Below, piece by piece: positions 11,683 through 24,425 of a DNA stretch of 64,000 nucleotides. The position numbers were made by a program, and so were the translations under genes. The notes beneath the pieces were generated by a model. It ran no database searches. It was not told where the DNA came from and saw only the letters and a program-made list of their open reading frames with translations. This stretch comes from Octopus bimaculoides (lineage: Eukaryota). The stretch lies in contig NC_068987.1 in assembly GCF_001194135.2 (NCBI RefSeq), positions 83,029,870 through 83,093,869 on the forward strand. Reading direction: 5' to 3'. Numbering within the stretch: position 1 is the first letter of the stretch; every line of letters begins with the position of its first letter.

Positions 11683-12620
11683 AGGTTCAGGAGTGGCTGT
11701 GTGGTAAGGAGCTTTCTTTCCAGCCACACAGTTCTGGGTTCAGTCCCACTGTGGAGCACCTTGGGCAAGTGTCTTCTACTATAGCCTCGGACTGACCAAA
11801 GCCTTGTAAGTGGATTTGGTCGACGGAAACTGAAAGAAGTCCGTTTTATATATATATATATATCTATATATATATATATATANNNNNNNNNNNNNNNNNN
11901 NNNNNNNNNNNNNNNNNNNNNNNNNNNNNNNNNNNNNNNNNNNNNNNNNNNNNNNNNNNNNNNNNNNNNNNNNNNNNNNNNNNNNNNNNNNNNNNNNNNN
12001 NNNNNNNNNNNNNNNNNNNNNNNNNNNNNNNNNNNNNNNNNNNNNNNTTCTTTCCAGCCACACAGTTCTGGGTTCAGTCCCACTGTGGAGCACCTTGGGC
12101 AAGTGTCTTCTACTATAGCCTCGGACTGACCAAAGCCTTGTAAGTGGATTTGGTCGACGGAAACTGAAAGAAGTCCGTTTTATATATATATATATATCTA
12201 TATATATATATATATATATATATAAAGTGAAGTATATTTGCCACTTAAATGTGGCTGACCCCGAGGGGCTAAAAGCAATAGTAACATCCACCCCTCGGGG
12301 TCAGCCACATTTAAGTGGCAAATATACTTCACTTTATCGTGCAGTTACTGTTAATACCTCGTTCAGAGATTTAACATTGGTTATATATATATATATATAT
12401 ATACATATATATGTATGTGTATATTTATGTGTGTGTGTTTGCTCCCCCCACCATCGCTTGACAACTGATGTTGGTATGTTTATGTCCCTGTAACGTAGTG
12501 GTTTGGCAAATGACACTGATAGAATAAGTAGTAGGCTTTAAAAAAAGTACTGGGGACGATTTGTTTGACTAAAGATGGTGCTCCAGCATGACCGCAGTCA
12601 AAATGACTGCAACAAATAAA
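11683..12620 (+). mobile_element. SINE family A spanning an assembly gap and carrying a hairpin insertion
   Basis: Head ggttcaggagtggctgtgtggtaagg at 11685 and tail ...gctccagcatgaccgcagtcaaaatgactg at ~12600. Confidence 0.85.
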
Positions 12621-13075
12621 AGAATAATAATGTATTAATGGGCTGGCATAGAACTGTAGTAGAAGACACTTGCCTGTGGTGCCATGCAGTGGAACTGAAC
12701 CAAAAACCACGTGGCTGAGAAGCAAGTTTCTTACCAAACAGCCACACCTATGCCTCAATGATGAGGATGATGGCTTGTTATTTTTACCTGTGATATAATT
12801 GCAATAATAGTTGACCACATCATTAACCAGTGATTTGTATGCCATTTGTAGAAAGAGTGCCAAATTCAAAAGGTGACCTGATGTAAATGAGATACACTTG
12901 AGAGCAATTTATGCTCATTGAATTACTACCTTAGGTTATATACAACAAAATCCTTTTTGATATTTTGTGGAAACATACTCTTAATTCTTCTTTGGCTGTT
13001 TATTACTTTCCTCTCTCGTTAGCTTTTATGTTTATGGACATAGAAGATCACATGACAAAATCATTATACAAGTAG

Positions 13076-13177
13076 GACTCAATAAAGAGAATCATTAAAC
13101 ATTTATTCAGCATTGACATCACAGCAGCTGTTCAGCTATTTGAAGCAATTTCCTTCATATTACAACATTGCATTCAG
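13076..13177 (+). CDS. Candidate coding exon of an unidentified gene: DSIKRIIKHLFSIDITAAVQLFEAISFILQHCIQ
   Basis: Strong donor cag|gtgagt at 13177/8 and 34 open codons after a weak tag| acceptor. A better acceptor at 13022 gives the same frame but includes TAG at 13073-13075. Confidence 0.33.
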
Positions 13178-13424
13178 GTGAGTTCTGATGTAACCTTAAT
13201 CCTAAATTAGATTCTGTTGTTTCTTATCTCTACTTTTGGTTTTAGATTTACATTTAGAGTACTCAAAAATATTCACCAACTGTCATATAAAATGACACGG
13301 TATAATCATCATTATCGTTTTAACATCCACTTTTCCATGCTTGCATGGGTCAGGGGTGAATTTGTTGTGGCAGATTTTCATGGTCAGATAGATGCCTTCC
13401 CTGCTTCCAAGGTAATATTTCCCT

Positions 13425-13634
13425 ATTTATTCTTTTATTCTTTTGTTTCAGTCATTTGACTGCCGCCATGCTGGAGCACCACCTTTAGTCAAGCAAATTG
13501 ACCCCAGGACTTACTCTTTTAAGCCTAGTACTTATTCTATCATTCTCTCTTGCTGAACCACTATGTGCCGTAGATGTAAACATACCAGCATTGGTTGTCA
13601 AGCGATGTTGGGAGGACAGACACACACACACACG

Positions 13635-13668
<34 letters not shown>

Positions 13669-13832
13669 CGACGGGCTTCTTTCAGTTTCCATCTACCAAA
13701 TCCACTCACAAGGCTTTGGTCAGCTGGAGGCTATAGTAGAAGACACTTGCCCAAGGTACCACGCAGTGGGACTGAACCCGGAACCATATGGTTGGTAAGC
13801 AAGCTACTTACCACACAGCCACTCCTGCACCT
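13425..13832 (-). mobile_element. SINE family A, full-length
   Basis: Colinear with 4874-5290. Confidence 0.9.
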
Positions 13833-15152
13833 GTAAACATGTTTTTACAGAAGACTGGAAATGAAGGACAGCCCTTGCATGATGGTGATGCTTGCTTACA
13901 ACTTCTTGTAGTGAAAATGGCACTCCTCTTCCCACGTGACAAAGTGGTGTGAAGGGGCCACTACAGAGTCAGACAGTCAGTTGTAGTAGTAGGTCAGTAG
14001 TAATAGAGTTGTACGAGTTCTGAGTTGGAGTCAGTGTCAGTAACAGGATATATTTGAGTTCAAGTCACCGTTAAAGTAGACGTTTCAAAATCATTGTCTC
14101 GCAGAGCTATCAGTGATAGCACGATAGATGAGTCGATAATAATAAGACATAGAATACTGCCACAACACAATAGTAGCAACAAGAATATTACAGTGCCAAC
14201 AATAACATACAAGTGGACGAGGATCCACATTATAACACAACTATTATGTGATATCAAGGTAAGGAGGCAATAACAAATACACACACACACTGGGCTTCTT
14301 TTCAGTCTCCATCTTCCAAGTCCACTCATAAATTCACTCATAAGTGGCCCAAGGTGCCACGCAGTTGGACTGAACCCAAAACCATGTGGTTGGGAAGCCA
14401 ACTTCTTACCACACGGCCATGCCTGCACCTCACTGCCACCAGACTAAATACCACAATTATCACCAGTGGCTGATGTAATTAATATGAGATAGTTAATCAA
14501 TCAAATGGATTGAAATTCTGCAAAGGAGTGAATTAAATTCATCATAGCAAAATAATTACAGAATTAAGATTAATAAAATATTTACAATTAACAGGAGCAG
14601 TTCAAGTTGACAGTTCAAGAAGTGATTGTTAGTTTAGCTTTCTAAAATGATATAAGATTTATCAAATTGCAGGAACTTCTATGTGGTTGTTTAAGCTGCT
14701 GGAAACAGAAGGCAAGTCTCCCTTAAAATCTCAGCCTTCTGTCTTTAAAATGACAGTTCTAGTAATGATGATGATGATGATAATTCTTTCTAATTTTAGG
14801 CACAAGGCCCACAAGCAATTTGAGGGTTGGGGGCAAGTCACATCAGCTCCTGTACATAACTGGTACTTTATTTTATCAACCCTCAAAGTTGGTTTCCATG
14901 GAATTTGAACTCAAAGGGTAAACAGCTGGAAGAAAGATTCTACTAGTTCACCGCATTAATAATAATAATAATGATGGTCACTCCCATCAGTTTCGATGCA
15001 TCAGTGTTTGAAGGAGAGAGAGAACTGAACGCTAAAGAGAGTAATAACAAAAAAAATCCCAAAAAAAGGGCTGCATCTATTTGTGATGGATGTGTGAATG
15101 TAATTTTAGTCCAGGTATGGATTTTGCTATGACGTCGCAATGGGGACATTGA

Positions 15153-15530
15153 TAATTTCGGTCATTTGACTGTGGCCATGCTGGAGCACCACCTTTAGTC
15201 AAGCAAATCGACCCCACGACTTATTCTTTGTAAGCCTAGTACTTATTTTGTCGGTCTCTTTTTGCTGAACCGCTAAGTTACAGAGACGTAAACACACCAA
15301 AATCGGTTGTCAAGCGATGGTGGGTGGGACAAACACAGACACACGAACATATACACACACACACATACATACATATATTTACATACATATATACAATGGG
15401 CTTCTTTCAGTTTCCGTCTACCAAATCCACTCACAAGGCTTTGGTTGGCCTGAGGCTATAGTAGAAGACACTTGCCCAAAGTGCCGCGCAGTGGGACTGA
15501 ACTCGGAACCATGTGTTTCGTAAGCAAGGT
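15153..15530 (-). mobile_element. SINE family A
   Basis: Colinear with 4874-5290. Confidence 0.88.
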
Positions 15531-16531
15531 CGGTCTGAACATAAAACATATAGAACATGGCTGGATATGTTAAAGGGTTAAAGAAATTTTTGAAAGCTAT
15601 ATTTATGAATATAGGTTTTCAACTTCACTTTAAATATATACAAATTTTACTGTTTTATATTATTTTCATTTTTAGTTTTGTCATTTTAATTAACTTCATA
15701 GCACATAAATTATCAAGCATCATTTAACATCATCATCATCATTTAAAACATGCTTGTGAGGGCCAGACGGAATTTGTTGAAGTAATTTTTTTTTTTTTCT
15801 GCCATAGTGTTTCATTGACCTATAATTGTTGGAAGACATGATATTTAAAAAATAATTATAAATTATCTCTAATTAGTAGGAAAAACATTTTGTGATTTTT
15901 TTGCAGTAGTTAGGTAATTTAAGTGCTATTGTTGTGTGCAAGTTTTTAATTAGGTTTTAGCTGAACATTCCAAATCCTTTATATCTGAGAGTGATTGAAG
16001 ATTACTTAACTTTTAGATTCTTTGTCCTAATATACTTTTCATTGATAGCATCTTCTTAATCCATTGCTTCAAGTCTGTATTAATCCTATCCAGAATGCAT
16101 CATATTTCCAACTCTTTTTTCATGAGTAACTTATTGTTTATTACCACTAATCCCAGAGGTTTTTAATCTGGTGACCCAATACTCTATTCCCTGCTCCATT
16201 AAACCTAATGTCTCATGACTAATGTAAAAAGGTCTCTGATGAAATTACATCTCTTTCATCAATGAGGACTTTTTCCCCTTTTTTTTTATCATTAAAGTCC
16301 TTGGTCATGCACAACAAGGCAGTAGAGCTAGAAGGGCAGAAACTGAAAAATACTACAAGAGAGAGGGACTTGTTATTTTATTATTTAAAAATTTTTTTTT
16401 TTTTTGCAGACAAATTCTCTAGTGTTAAATGTAGAATAAAATGCGCCCATTCCATGCTGTGAAATGGTTGGTATTAGGAAGGCCATCTTACTGTAAAAAC
16501 ATATGATTGGTAGTTTTATTTTTTGTCCTTT

Positions 16532-16935
16532 TCATCATCATCATCATCGTTTAACATCGGCTCTCCATGCTAGCATGGGTTGGACGATTTGACTGAGGAC
16601 TGGTGAAACCAGATGGCTACACCAGGCTCCAATCTGATTTGGCAGAGTTTCTACAGCTGGATGCCCTTCCTAACAGCAACCACTCCGAGAGTGTAGTGAG
16701 TGCTTTTACGTGCCACCAGCAACAAGGCCAGTCAGGCGATACTGGCAACGGCCACACTCAAAATGGTGTATTTTATGTGCCACCTGCACAGGAGCCAGTC
16801 CAGCGGCACTGGCAGCAATCTCGCACGAATGTCTTTTCACATGCCACCGGCACAAGTGCCCGGAAGGCGACACTGGTAACGATTACACTCAAATGGTGCT
16901 ATTTATGTGCCACTGGCACAGAAGCCAAACAGCTG
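16532..16935 (-). mobile_element. RTE LINE 3' UTR copy
   Basis: (CAT)n followed by cgtttaacatcggctctccatgctagcatgggttggacg..., the reverse complement of the 56000-56460 region. Confidence 0.85.
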
Positions 16936-17109
16936 CTCTGGTTCATTAAATGATAAAACACCAAGACATGTGATGAGATGCTGCAGTAAAACAGACCCCT
17001 CTCATCCTTGCCAGCATGCAAACCTGATGCACAATGAGGATGACAAGCCAATAGTAATGAAAGAAATGACTCAAATGCTAATTGGTAGAGAAATTGCATA
17101 ACATGTTCT

Positions 17110-17370
17110 CATCAGAAGGCACGTGGCTTAGTAGTTAGGGTGTTGTACTCACAATTGCAAGATCGTGGTTTCAATTCATGGACCAGGCAGTGAGTTATTT
17201 TCTTGAGTAAAGCACTTCATTTCAAGTTGCTTCAGTCCCCTCAGCTGTAAATGCAACTGACTGATGTCCCATTCAGGAAGAATGTTGAGATCTTGGTCAC
17301 TTATACACTGTGGAAGCCAGGCAACCAGTCCTCTGAGTCATAGGACTTGAAACAGTAATATCCAGAGGTT
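17110..17370 (+). mobile_element. tRNA-derived CORE-like SINE family F
   Basis: aggcacgtggcttagtagttagg (A box), ggtttcaattc (B box) and ttcttgagtaaagcacttcatttc (CORE-like). Minus copies lie at 31420-31712 and 40600-40760. Confidence 0.75.
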
Positions 17371-17980
17371 GATGATGTTGATGATATCCTCGTATTGGGA
17401 GTTGTTGATGAGAATATCATCCTACATAGACCCTGCCCCACCCTTCTATATGTGCCTGGCTATCATACCCTATTTTGTCTCTGTTTTTCCTCAAACTGTG
17501 GTGAGTATTTTTTTACCTCATAGACAGCTCATTGGATTGTCATAAATAAACAAAACAAAGACGCCAATCTCTACTACATAAACACAACAGTAATTACAAA
17601 AATTACCTAAATAACCATAGACATCCCTCATTATCTGCTCTATTAGAAATTATGGTTTCAATATATATGTGTTTCTGTGCTTATGTTTAAACTGATCTAA
17701 AACCCAGTGTTGTTTTATGATGCATTCTTTAATGTCACCTAAGTTTTACTGACTCTGACTCCAGCTACCCCATTATTGTTTCAGACTCTGTCTCCATGAC
17801 TCCGACTCCACAGCCCTGGTAATAACTGAATTATGGATACATGTTATAGTTTCTCATGTTAACATATTGCTGTTGTTTAGCCCCAGGTCAGCCTGGATCA
17901 AGCAGATTACAAGTGATCCAGCTGAGATATTCCTATTTCATTTATCTAAAACCACTTCTTCCAGTTTTTCTTTCCTTTTC

Positions 17981-18208
17981 TTAATCCTTTAGCATTTAGA
18001 TTAATCCATCAACACTAATGCTCATTTATCCACATGTATTATAAATTAATCATGTATTATCTCATAGCCATGTGATTTTCATGATGCGATTGTCTATGTT
18101 TAAAATGACCTTGTAGGGTAGGTGTAAGAGGCCAGACTTGGCCAGTTTGAATGTAAAACAGATCAAATATTTGGGCTGAATATGGCCTGTTTGAATGCTA
18201 AAGGGTTA
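17981..18208. mobile_element. piggyBac-like MITE (~230 bp)
   Basis: ttaa-tCCTTTAGCATT ... AATGCTAAAGGg-ttac termini. Homologous copies lie at 5600-5816 and 29250-29945 (interrupted). Confidence 0.65.
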
Positions 18209-18329
18209 CAGTTGAATATAACCAGGAAAGTGATTGATTATTGGAAAGCATATCAAAGATTCAGCTTATTGCTATGCCTTAGTCTTCTTGGGAACCAGAA
18301 TACATACAACATCAGGCACTTCTATCTCT

Positions 18330-18767
18330 TTTACTTGTTGCTGTTATTGGGCCGGGGCCATGCTAGGGCACCACCTTCAAGGGTTTTAGTCAAACAAATT
18401 AACCCCAGGACTGTTTTTAAACTCTGGTGCTTATTTTATCGGTCTCTTGCTGAACTGTTAAGTCATGGGGGAGGTAAACAAACCAAAACCAATTGCCAAC
18501 TGATAAGGGGTAACACACACATACACTACACACACATACACTACACACACATACACATTTAAAGTGCTTTTTTTTATTTCTGTTTACTCTTTTATTTGTT
18601 TAGTCATTTGACTGGCTATGCTGGAGCACCACCTTTAGTTGAACAAATCAACTTATTCTTTGTAAGCCTAGTACTTATTCTATCGGTCTCTTTTGCTAAA
18701 CCACTAAGTTACGGGGATGTAAATACACCAACATCAGTTGTCAAGCAATGGTAGGGGACAAACACAC

Positions 18768-18800
<33 letters not shown>

Positions 18801-19160
18801 CGATGGGCTTCTTCCAGTTTCCATCTACCAAATCCACTCACAAGGCTTTGGTCGGCCCGAGGCTATAGTAGAAGACACTTGCCCAAGGTGCCATGCAGTT
18901 GGACTGAACCGGGAACCAACCATGTGTTTGGTAAGCAACCTACTTACAACAGCCACTCCTGCACCTACATATATATATACACACATGCATGCATGCATGC
19001 ATGCATGCACACACACACACACATATAATAGGCTCTCCATACAGTTTCCATTTACTGAATTCACTAACAAGGAGCTGGTCGGCTTGGAGCTATAGTAGAA
19101 GATACTTGCCCGAGATGCCATGTGGTGGGATTGAACAGAAAACCCCATGGTTGCAAGTGA
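18330..19160 (-). mobile_element. Cluster of SINE family A copies (one full at 18585-18968, flanking partials)
   Basis: Repeated family A segments in the same orientation. Confidence 0.85.
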
Positions 19161-19816
19161 CCTTCATTTCCATTAAAAAAAAATTTTTCTTGTCAGTGGT
19201 GTATGATATTGAAATTCCAGATATATTACATTTACTTTGCTGTCCAGTATATTTTTGAGAATCAGGAGATATTGGTATTGTGTCAGAAATAGTATAGCTT
19301 CTCAGTGTAGAATATTGACAAGTTCTTTTAGGATTTCTTTGAGTCGAGTTGCATCCTCTGAATTGAACAACTTGTTACAACTATAATTTATCTCTGTTGA
19401 AGAAACAGGCAGCAGTTTAGAATTTGCGTGCTAAAAGGTGTGTGAAGCGATGTTTTAGAATATATTAGAGAAGACTGTGACCATAGAATATGTAACTAGC
19501 ATCTTAATCTTTGATGTTGAGAAATGTTATTTTTTTTTTTTCTTTTGGCTGATTTATTTATTTATTTGAATTGTACATTTTGTGAACAATAGCATTGTTG
19601 GTTATAAGTATCCATTGATATTACAAGATATTTTAATTTTTATACTGGTTTATCAGTTTTTCTCTCTGATGTGAACAGAGCTGAGTGCACTCATTCACAC
19701 TCACACAGCATCATCATCATCATTTATCATTGACTTTTCCATGTTTGTATATGTGTGCCAGACAGAATTCATTGCCGGATTTTTTTTATCCTGTCACCAA
19801 CACTCACTTGTTTCCA

Positions 19817-20095
19817 TCCTAGCGTGATCGTTACCAGCGTCGCCTTACTGGCACGTTAGAAAACATTCGAGCGAGGTCGTTGCCAGTGCCGCTGGACTGG
19901 CTCCTGTGCAGGTGGCACGTAAAAAAGACCATTTTGAGCGTGGCCATTGCCAGTACCGCCTGACTGGCCCTTGTGCTGGTGGCATGTAAAAGCTCCCACT
20001 ACACTCTCGGAGTGGTTGGCATTAGGAAGGGCATCCAGCTGTAGAAACTCTCCCAGATCAGATTGGAGCCTGGTGCAGCCATCCGGTTCACCAGT
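19817..20095 (+). mobile_element. RTE LINE 3' UTR fragment
   Basis: agcgtgatcgttaccagcgtcgcc...ggcatccagctgtagaaactc matches 56130-56400. Confidence 0.8.
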
Positions 20096-20857
20096 CAAAT
20101 TATTTAGCTAATCTTAATGACTCCAGCAGTCTGGGACTTATTTGGGTAATTACTGTTTTTTATACTGCCAAGTCATGAGATATAAATGCAGCCACTATTT
20201 TTCCAAATGTATAAGCAGACACACACATTACAAGCTTTCACACTTACACATATATACTATGAGCTTCCACAGTTTGTCTACCAATTTCATTCACAAGACA
20301 TTTTGTTAGCCTCTAGCTATAGCAAAAGACACTTGATGTTGCTTTCAAATAACATGTTTGTTTTTTTGTTGTTGTTGTTGTCGTCATTCTTGAGTGCATA
20401 ATGAAGAATTATTTACTGTTAACATTTACTGCTATGATGCCTGATGGAGGAGTCTTCTGTGAAATTTGACTGACAGGAAGTAGTGTGGTTTCTGGGAAAA
20501 TCAAAGATCATGTAAAATGACAGAAAATGGGTTGGATATGTGAAAAGGGAAAAAAGGAAAATAGAAATGCTACAGGCTTGTGGTTGGTTTTAGCTATCTA
20601 AAGCGATGACGATATTTAAAACCTTTACACTTCAATACTGAAAAAATTATTCTTCTAATTAGTTAAATTATCATGAAATATGTGTGTGTGTGTGTCACGA
20701 TCATCATCATCATCATTATTTGTTGTCTCTTTTCCATGTTCATGTGAGTTTGACAGTTTGACAGGAGCCAGTGAGCTAGAGGGCTGTACCAGCTCTTGTT
20801 AAAGCTATTAAATCCATACTAGCATGGAAAACAAATGTTAAATGATGATGATCATCA

Positions 20858-21116
20858 TCATACACACACTCACTCACTCACTCGCACACATGCACACACA
20901 CACTCACACACACACACACACACACACTCACTCACTCATTCACTCACTCATTCACTCACTCACTCACACACACACACACACACACACTCACTCAGTCACA
21001 CACACTCACTCACTCACTCACTCACACACTCACACACACACTCTCTCACTCACTCACACACACAATCACACACACATTCACTCACTCACTCACACACACA
21101 CACACACACACACACA
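20858..21116. repeat. Compound (CA)n/(TCAC)n microsatellite, ~260 bp
   Basis: Direct reading. It produces the spurious His/Thr/Ser ORFs 20835..21168. Confidence 0.95.
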
Positions 21117-21604
21117 ATTTTGTTGCAAATTTGCAGAAGTGCATTTACTTGTTAAAAATAAAAATTGAATGAATGAAACCAGTGTGAAAGTCAGCCCAAG
21201 TCTATCATTTGGGGACGTGTTTCCTTTTCCATCAGATAAGATGTAAGTGAAAATATAAAGTTTGTGCCTGCGATAGATAGATGATAGATAATAGCCTGAG
21301 TGATGTGCAATGTCTCTCTCTCTCTCTCTTTGTATAAGTATATTTTTGCCTGTGTGTGTGTATGTGTGTTTGTATATTTTGGCCTCCAGCACCAAATCAT
21401 ACTGTTGCCAAAACTGGTGGAATGTTCACTTAGTCATGCCAGATTGTCGATACCCAAACAGCTGTGCTGAATAGTTTCATTTCCAAAGTCAGATATCGAT
21501 GTTGAACCTAACAGATATATTTGCTCTCTTTACAAAAAGTACTTTTGGCCTAAAAAGAAAATAAAATGAAATTATTTAAGATCATCATTGTCATCATCAC
21601 TATT

Positions 21605-22285
21605 ACTCTTTTACTTGTTTCAGTCTTTTGACTGCAGCCATGCTGGAGCACCACCTTTAGTTGAGCAAATCGACCCCAGGACTTAGTCTTTGTAAGCCTA
21701 GTACTTATTCTATCGGACCCTTTTGCTGAACCGCTAAGTTACGGGGACGTAAACACACCACCATCGGTTGTCAAGCGATGTCGGTGGGACAAACACAGAC
21801 ACACAAACATATACACACACATACATATATATGACGGGCTTCTTTCAGTTTTCGTCTACCAAATCCTCTCACAAGGCTTTGGTCGGCCCAAGGCTATAGT
21901 AGATGACACTTATCTAAGGTGCCATGCAGTGGGACTGAACCCGGAACTATGCGGTTACGGGGACGTAAACACACCACCATCGGTTGTCAAGTGATGTTGG
22001 GGGGACAAACACAGACACACAAACATATACACACACATACATATATACAACGGGCTTCTTTCAGTTTTTGTCTACCAAATCTTCTCACAAGGCTTTGGTC
22101 GGCCCAAGGCTATAGTAGAAGACACTTACCCAAGGTGCCATGCAGTGGGACTGAACCTGGAACCATGTGGTTGGTAAGCNNNNNNNNNNGTAGAAGACAC
22201 TTACCCAAGGTGCCATGCAGTGGGACTGAACCTGGAACCATGTGGTTGGTAAGCAAGCTACTTATTACACAGCCACTCCTGCGTC
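21605..22285 (-). mobile_element. SINE family A with internal tandem duplication and a gap-flanking overlap
   Basis: The segment gttacggggacgtaaacacaccaccatcggttgtcaag occurs twice (~21740 and ~21955). Confidence 0.85.
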
Positions 22286-22511
22286 TATTGTTTAACATCG
22301 ATTTTCCATGCTGGCATGGCTTGGGCGGTTTGACAGGGAGCTGGTCAGCGAGCTAGCTGTCTAGGCTCCAATTGTCTTTTTGATATGGGTGCTTTTACCT
22401 GGCACCAGTGTGAGCATGCATTTCACATGGCACCAGCACCTGCAAGTCAAAGACCTTTCGGCTGGGAGAGGGAGGGGGGAATTCCATTAAATGTATCTAT
22501 TTGTAAAGATA

Positions 22512-23418
22512 GGCATGGGCATGATTGAGTGGTCAAGAAACTCACTTTGCAACCATATGATTTTGGGTTCAGTCCCATTGTCCGTTACCTTGGGCAAACG
22601 TATTCTCTGATAGTCCCATGTTGACTAATGCCTTGTGAATGAATATGACTGATAAGAACTACCTGGAAGCCTGGTTTTGTGTGTGTGCACGCACGTGTGT
22701 GTTTATGTGTGCATGTGTGAGAGTGTGTGTGTGCATGCATGCATGTATGTTTATGTTTGCCTCTCCCCGTTTGACAGCCATTTATTTATATCTCTGTAAC
22801 TTAGCAGTTTGACAAAAATTGACTGATAAAATAAGAACCAGGCTTAAAATAAATACTAGGGTTAATTTGATTGAATAAGTCCTCCAGTATGGCCACAATC
22901 TAATTACTGAAACATACAAAAAAAAAAAAAATTCAGTCTCAATTTAAAGTGTTAACATGCTATCTTTTATCTTTTACTTGTCTCAGTTATTGGACTGTGG
23001 CCATGCTGGGGCACTACTTCGTAGGGTTTTAATAAAATAAATTGTCCCCAGTACTTGGGTTTTTAAGTCTTGTACTTATTCCATTGGTCACTTTTGTTGA
23101 ATTGCTAAGTCATGAAGATGTAAACAAACAGTGGTTGTCAGGTGGTGTTGGTTGGTAGTGGGGATGACAGACACACACACACAAACACACATACACACAA
23201 ACACACACACATACACACACACAAACACACATACACACACGCATGTGTGTGTGACAAGCTTCCACTCAGTTTCCATCTATCAAATTCACTTGCTAGGCAT
23301 TGACCACCGCAGAGCTATAACAGAAGACTTACTTGCTACATACTGCCCAATGGGGCTGAACCTGAAAGCACACGATTGCAATATGAGTTTCTTACCCATG
23401 CAGCCATTCCTGCGCCTA
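22512..23418. mobile_element. Two degenerate family A SINEs in opposite orientation (22512-22915 +, 22960-23418 -)
   Basis: Heads and tails are recognisable on opposite strands. Confidence 0.7.
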
Positions 23419-23752
23419 TTAGTCTCATTCCTACATTTGAATTATTGATTCCTTATAGTTTGATTATTGATTTTTAAAGCTATAAAACATTAAACTCACC
23501 TGAAGTTGTTCTTTGATAAAAGAACCAAAAACGTACATTTCTTTCTTTTAAAGTGTTTATAAGTATTTAAGTTCCAAACACTAATTTAGTAACACAAAAG
23601 TTAGTTAATTTACTAAATCTTTCCATTTGCTTGATTATTTTCAAAATTAATTAAAACAAAAGTAACAAGAAAAAATATACAAGAAAATCTGTTAGTAATT
23701 ATAATAATTGATTGTTAAAATTGATGTAAGGAACATAATTCTGTAAAACGAC

Positions 23753-23947
23753 TTTACTCTTTTACTTGTTTCAGTCATTTGAGTGTGGCCATGCTGGAGC
23801 ACCGCCTTTAGTCGAGCAAATCGACCCCAGGACTTATTCTTTGTAAGCCTAGTACTGACTTTATCGGTCCCTTGTGCTGAACCGCTAAGTTACGGGGACA
23901 TAAACAAAACAGCATCGGTTGTCAAGCAATGTTGAGGAGACACACAC

Positions 23948-23994
<47 letters not shown>

Positions 23995-24386
23995 NNNNNN
24001 NNNNNNNNNNNNNNNNNNNNNNNNNNNNNNNNNNNNNNNNNNNNNNNNNNNNNNNNNNNNNNNNNNNNNNNNNNNNNNNNNNNNNNNNNNNNNNNNNNNN
24101 NNNNNNNNNNNNNNNNNNNNNNNNNNNNNNNNNNNNNNNNNNNNNNNNNNNNNNNNNNNNNNNNNNNNNNNNNNNNNNNNNNNNNNNNNNNNNNNNNNNN
24201 NNNNNNNNNNNNNNNNNTAATATAATATAAAATAAAATAGAATAAAAATGGATGGCACCATGAAAGAAAGTATTGAATGTAGATGAAATATTGAGTGTTC
24301 AATATAAAGGATCAAATATATAAATATAAATATATAAAGGCGACTCGAGTTTCAGGGCTATTTCCCTTCGTCATGGCCGGTATGAC

Positions 24387-24425
<39 letters not shown>

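Noticed and set aside
16690-16935. Regularly spaced ~65-bp degenerate repeats resembling a CRISPR-like array
   Set aside because: They are internal subrepeats of the RTE 3' UTR present in many copies. There are no unique spacers and no cas genes, and the context is eukaryotic.
19173-19430. Minus-strand 85-codon frame broken by a single central TGA, behind a plausible acceptor
   Set aside because: No recognisable family and no partner exon. Frames of this length are expected by chance in this much unique DNA.
22115-22254. Exact 65-bp direct repeat either side of a 10-N gap (likewise 53242-53385, and 11714-11882 versus 12048-12222)
   Set aside because: Identical sequence flanking a gap is the signature of unmerged overlapping contig ends, not biological tandem duplication.
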